This document shows positions 62,810 to 64,000 of a stretch of DNA of 64,000 nt, piece by piece. The DNA is from Phoronis australis (Eukaryota; Animalia; Phoronida). The notes beneath the pieces were generated by a model. That model worked only from the letters and a program-made list of their open reading frames with translations. It was not told the origin of the DNA and ran no database searches. The stretch covers positions 413,142 through 477,141 of the forward strand of contig NMRA01000226.1 of NCBI GenBank assembly GCA_002633005.1, in the 5' to 3' direction. Every line of letters begins with the position of its first letter. Position 1 is the stretch's first letter. A program made the position numbers and the translations under genes.

Positions 62810-62847
62810 CACTTGAGAATGAAACAAGAATGTTTCGAAATATCGTG
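62810..62847 (+). ncRNA. Minimal type I hammerhead ribozyme, U3-A8 variant, in Penelope pLTR
   Basis: CAC-TTGAGAA-T-GAAACA(AGAA)TGTTTC-GAAA-TA-TC-GTG: stem I CAC/GTG, core UUGAnAA, 6-bp stem II, GAAA, palindromic AUAU stem III, predicted cleavage after C62844. Confidence 0.75.
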
Positions 62848-64000
62848 TGTCTTTTAATTATGTCGCTAGGTCAGTTACTGTATCTATGTTCAGTTGAGAG
62901 TAGAGTTTTGTTCAGAAAGTATGAACGCAACGGAATAAAGACCGTGAACAATAAAAAGTGTCGTGCATTCAACAAATTTTGTATTTATACAGAAAACTTG
63001 CTCCCGAAGTAAAGTCAAAGTATATACAAAGTATATGCATTGTTGCTATTTTGACACTTGATTGACAGCATTGTAAAAGTCTTGGTCTACACAGTTTTTT
63101 TAGGAAAAATGCTCACCATAGAAGGCTGTTTTATAAACTTAGATGTAAAAACCTTGATCTATGCATTTCTTTGTAAAAAAATCTGTGTGTTTGGGGGTAT
63201 TGCTTGGGGTGGGGGGGTTACGCGTCGGAATCATGGACGCCCTGGAATATTGGGAACCCCATTTTGGACACCCTATTTTCAAAATCCTGGATAAAGGCCT
63301 GTGTCGGATCTGTCCAAAATTTGCTGCAATCCGTTGTAATGTTCATAGGAATCGCACAAAGATCCTACTATGGGTTTAGGAGATCCAATCACAAAGTCAA
63401 GAGGACAGATGGAGGCTGGACATAGATGATATTGTCAGAAAATATATGGTCACACCTACATATGTGGGCGCAGAGAGGGGAAACAGTCAACGCCTTATAA
63501 CGACAACAAAAAGTGGGTTTGGAAATCATCACCAAAGTCATCTTAATTCCCATAGACATGCTTTACCGAAGATATGTGTAAAACCAGAAAGGATCGCTGA
63601 AAAAAGTAAGCCCTACTTTAAGTGATAGTTTTAGATGTAAAATTTTTGTTTGCGTTCCAAACCCCTGTTTCGGATAACTGGATTCGAATCCTAGTTTTAC
63701 TGGCTGATAACACTGAGCAATGCACAAAGCCTATTCCTCTGAGCACCGTCTTACTCATGAATATATTATATGCAAGGATTGCAAGGGAGTGAATGAGAAC
63801 TGTCAGGTGGTGGAAATGCAATTTCTGGGGCTGTGCTCATATTTTTTTTCCAAGAAAGACGTGCTCAAAATAAACTGTCCCTTATGTACAAAACCCCACA
63901 CAACGTGGTTGCATACCCTATGCAAACCTTCCACCCCTACATATTTCTAGATCACATAATTCCTACTCTCTAAGTCTAAGCTAGGTGTCCCTCTATGTCT

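Larger units (their letters stand above)
61781..62990 (+). mobile_element. 5'-truncated Penelope-like retroelement (RT C-terminus + GIY-YIG endonuclease, inverted pLTR)
   Basis: Frame TSVYHKPTDKG..ECPERYK..NGY (from ~61892), frameshift in the T-run at ~62375-62382, then YKFVCP..EC..YIGQT..LSRRLSMH..H..H..LESLLI..KPILNEQ (to 62693). 61781-61882 is the reverse complement of ~62887-62990. Confidence 0.92.
61570..63301. mobile_element. Non-autonomous hAT element (host of a nested Penelope insertion)
   Basis: TIRs CAGGCCTTTAT(G/C)CAG; perfect 8-bp TSD TGTCGGAT (61562-61569, 63302-63309); subterminal GGAC(G/A)CCC repeats at both ends. Confidence 0.85.

Noticed and set aside
63557-63597. Possible further upstream mini-exon of the dystrophin-like gene
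   Set aside because: Splice-like signals are present but there is no similarity to dystrophin-family sequence.

Overview
AT-rich, repeat-dense genomic DNA from a eukaryote, very probably a marine bilaterian invertebrate. The NDUFA7 N-terminus looks protostome/lophotrochozoan-like, which is an inference. There are two assembly gaps (16150-16466, 48024-48451) and single-N joins at 768, 23280 and 59516. I reconstructed three spliced genes by hand, most exons of which the ORF track misses: NDUFA7 (minus, 4 exons, 112 aa), RPS28 (plus, 3 coding exons plus a 3'UTR exon, 66 aa) and the 3' part of a divergent dystrophin-superfamily gene. NDUFA7 and RPS28 sit head-to-head with only 240 bp between start codons, as in human. 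The dystrophin-superfamily gene (dystrotelin/DAH-like, WW-EF-ZZ-coiled coil) shows 15 phase-consistent exons on the minus strand, with one WW exon present twice. An uncharacterised plus-strand gene has a large acidic terminal exon at 43273-44608. Mobile DNA includes an inverted pair of TTAA-flanked Kolobok-type elements with decayed THAP domains in NDUFA7 intron 3, several Helentron-type (HINE/DINE-1-like) elements, Harbinger and hAT MITEs, and a T-tailed tRNA-SINE. A 5'-truncated Penelope-like element (RT C-terminus, GIY-YIG, inverted pLTR, variant minimal hammerhead ribozyme) is nested inside a hAT MITE. The most novel-looking signal is a ~75-nt three-way-junction RNA module shared by two otherwise different retroposed inserts, with a compensatory base-pair change. 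No CRISPR array, rRNA or intact tRNA was seen.
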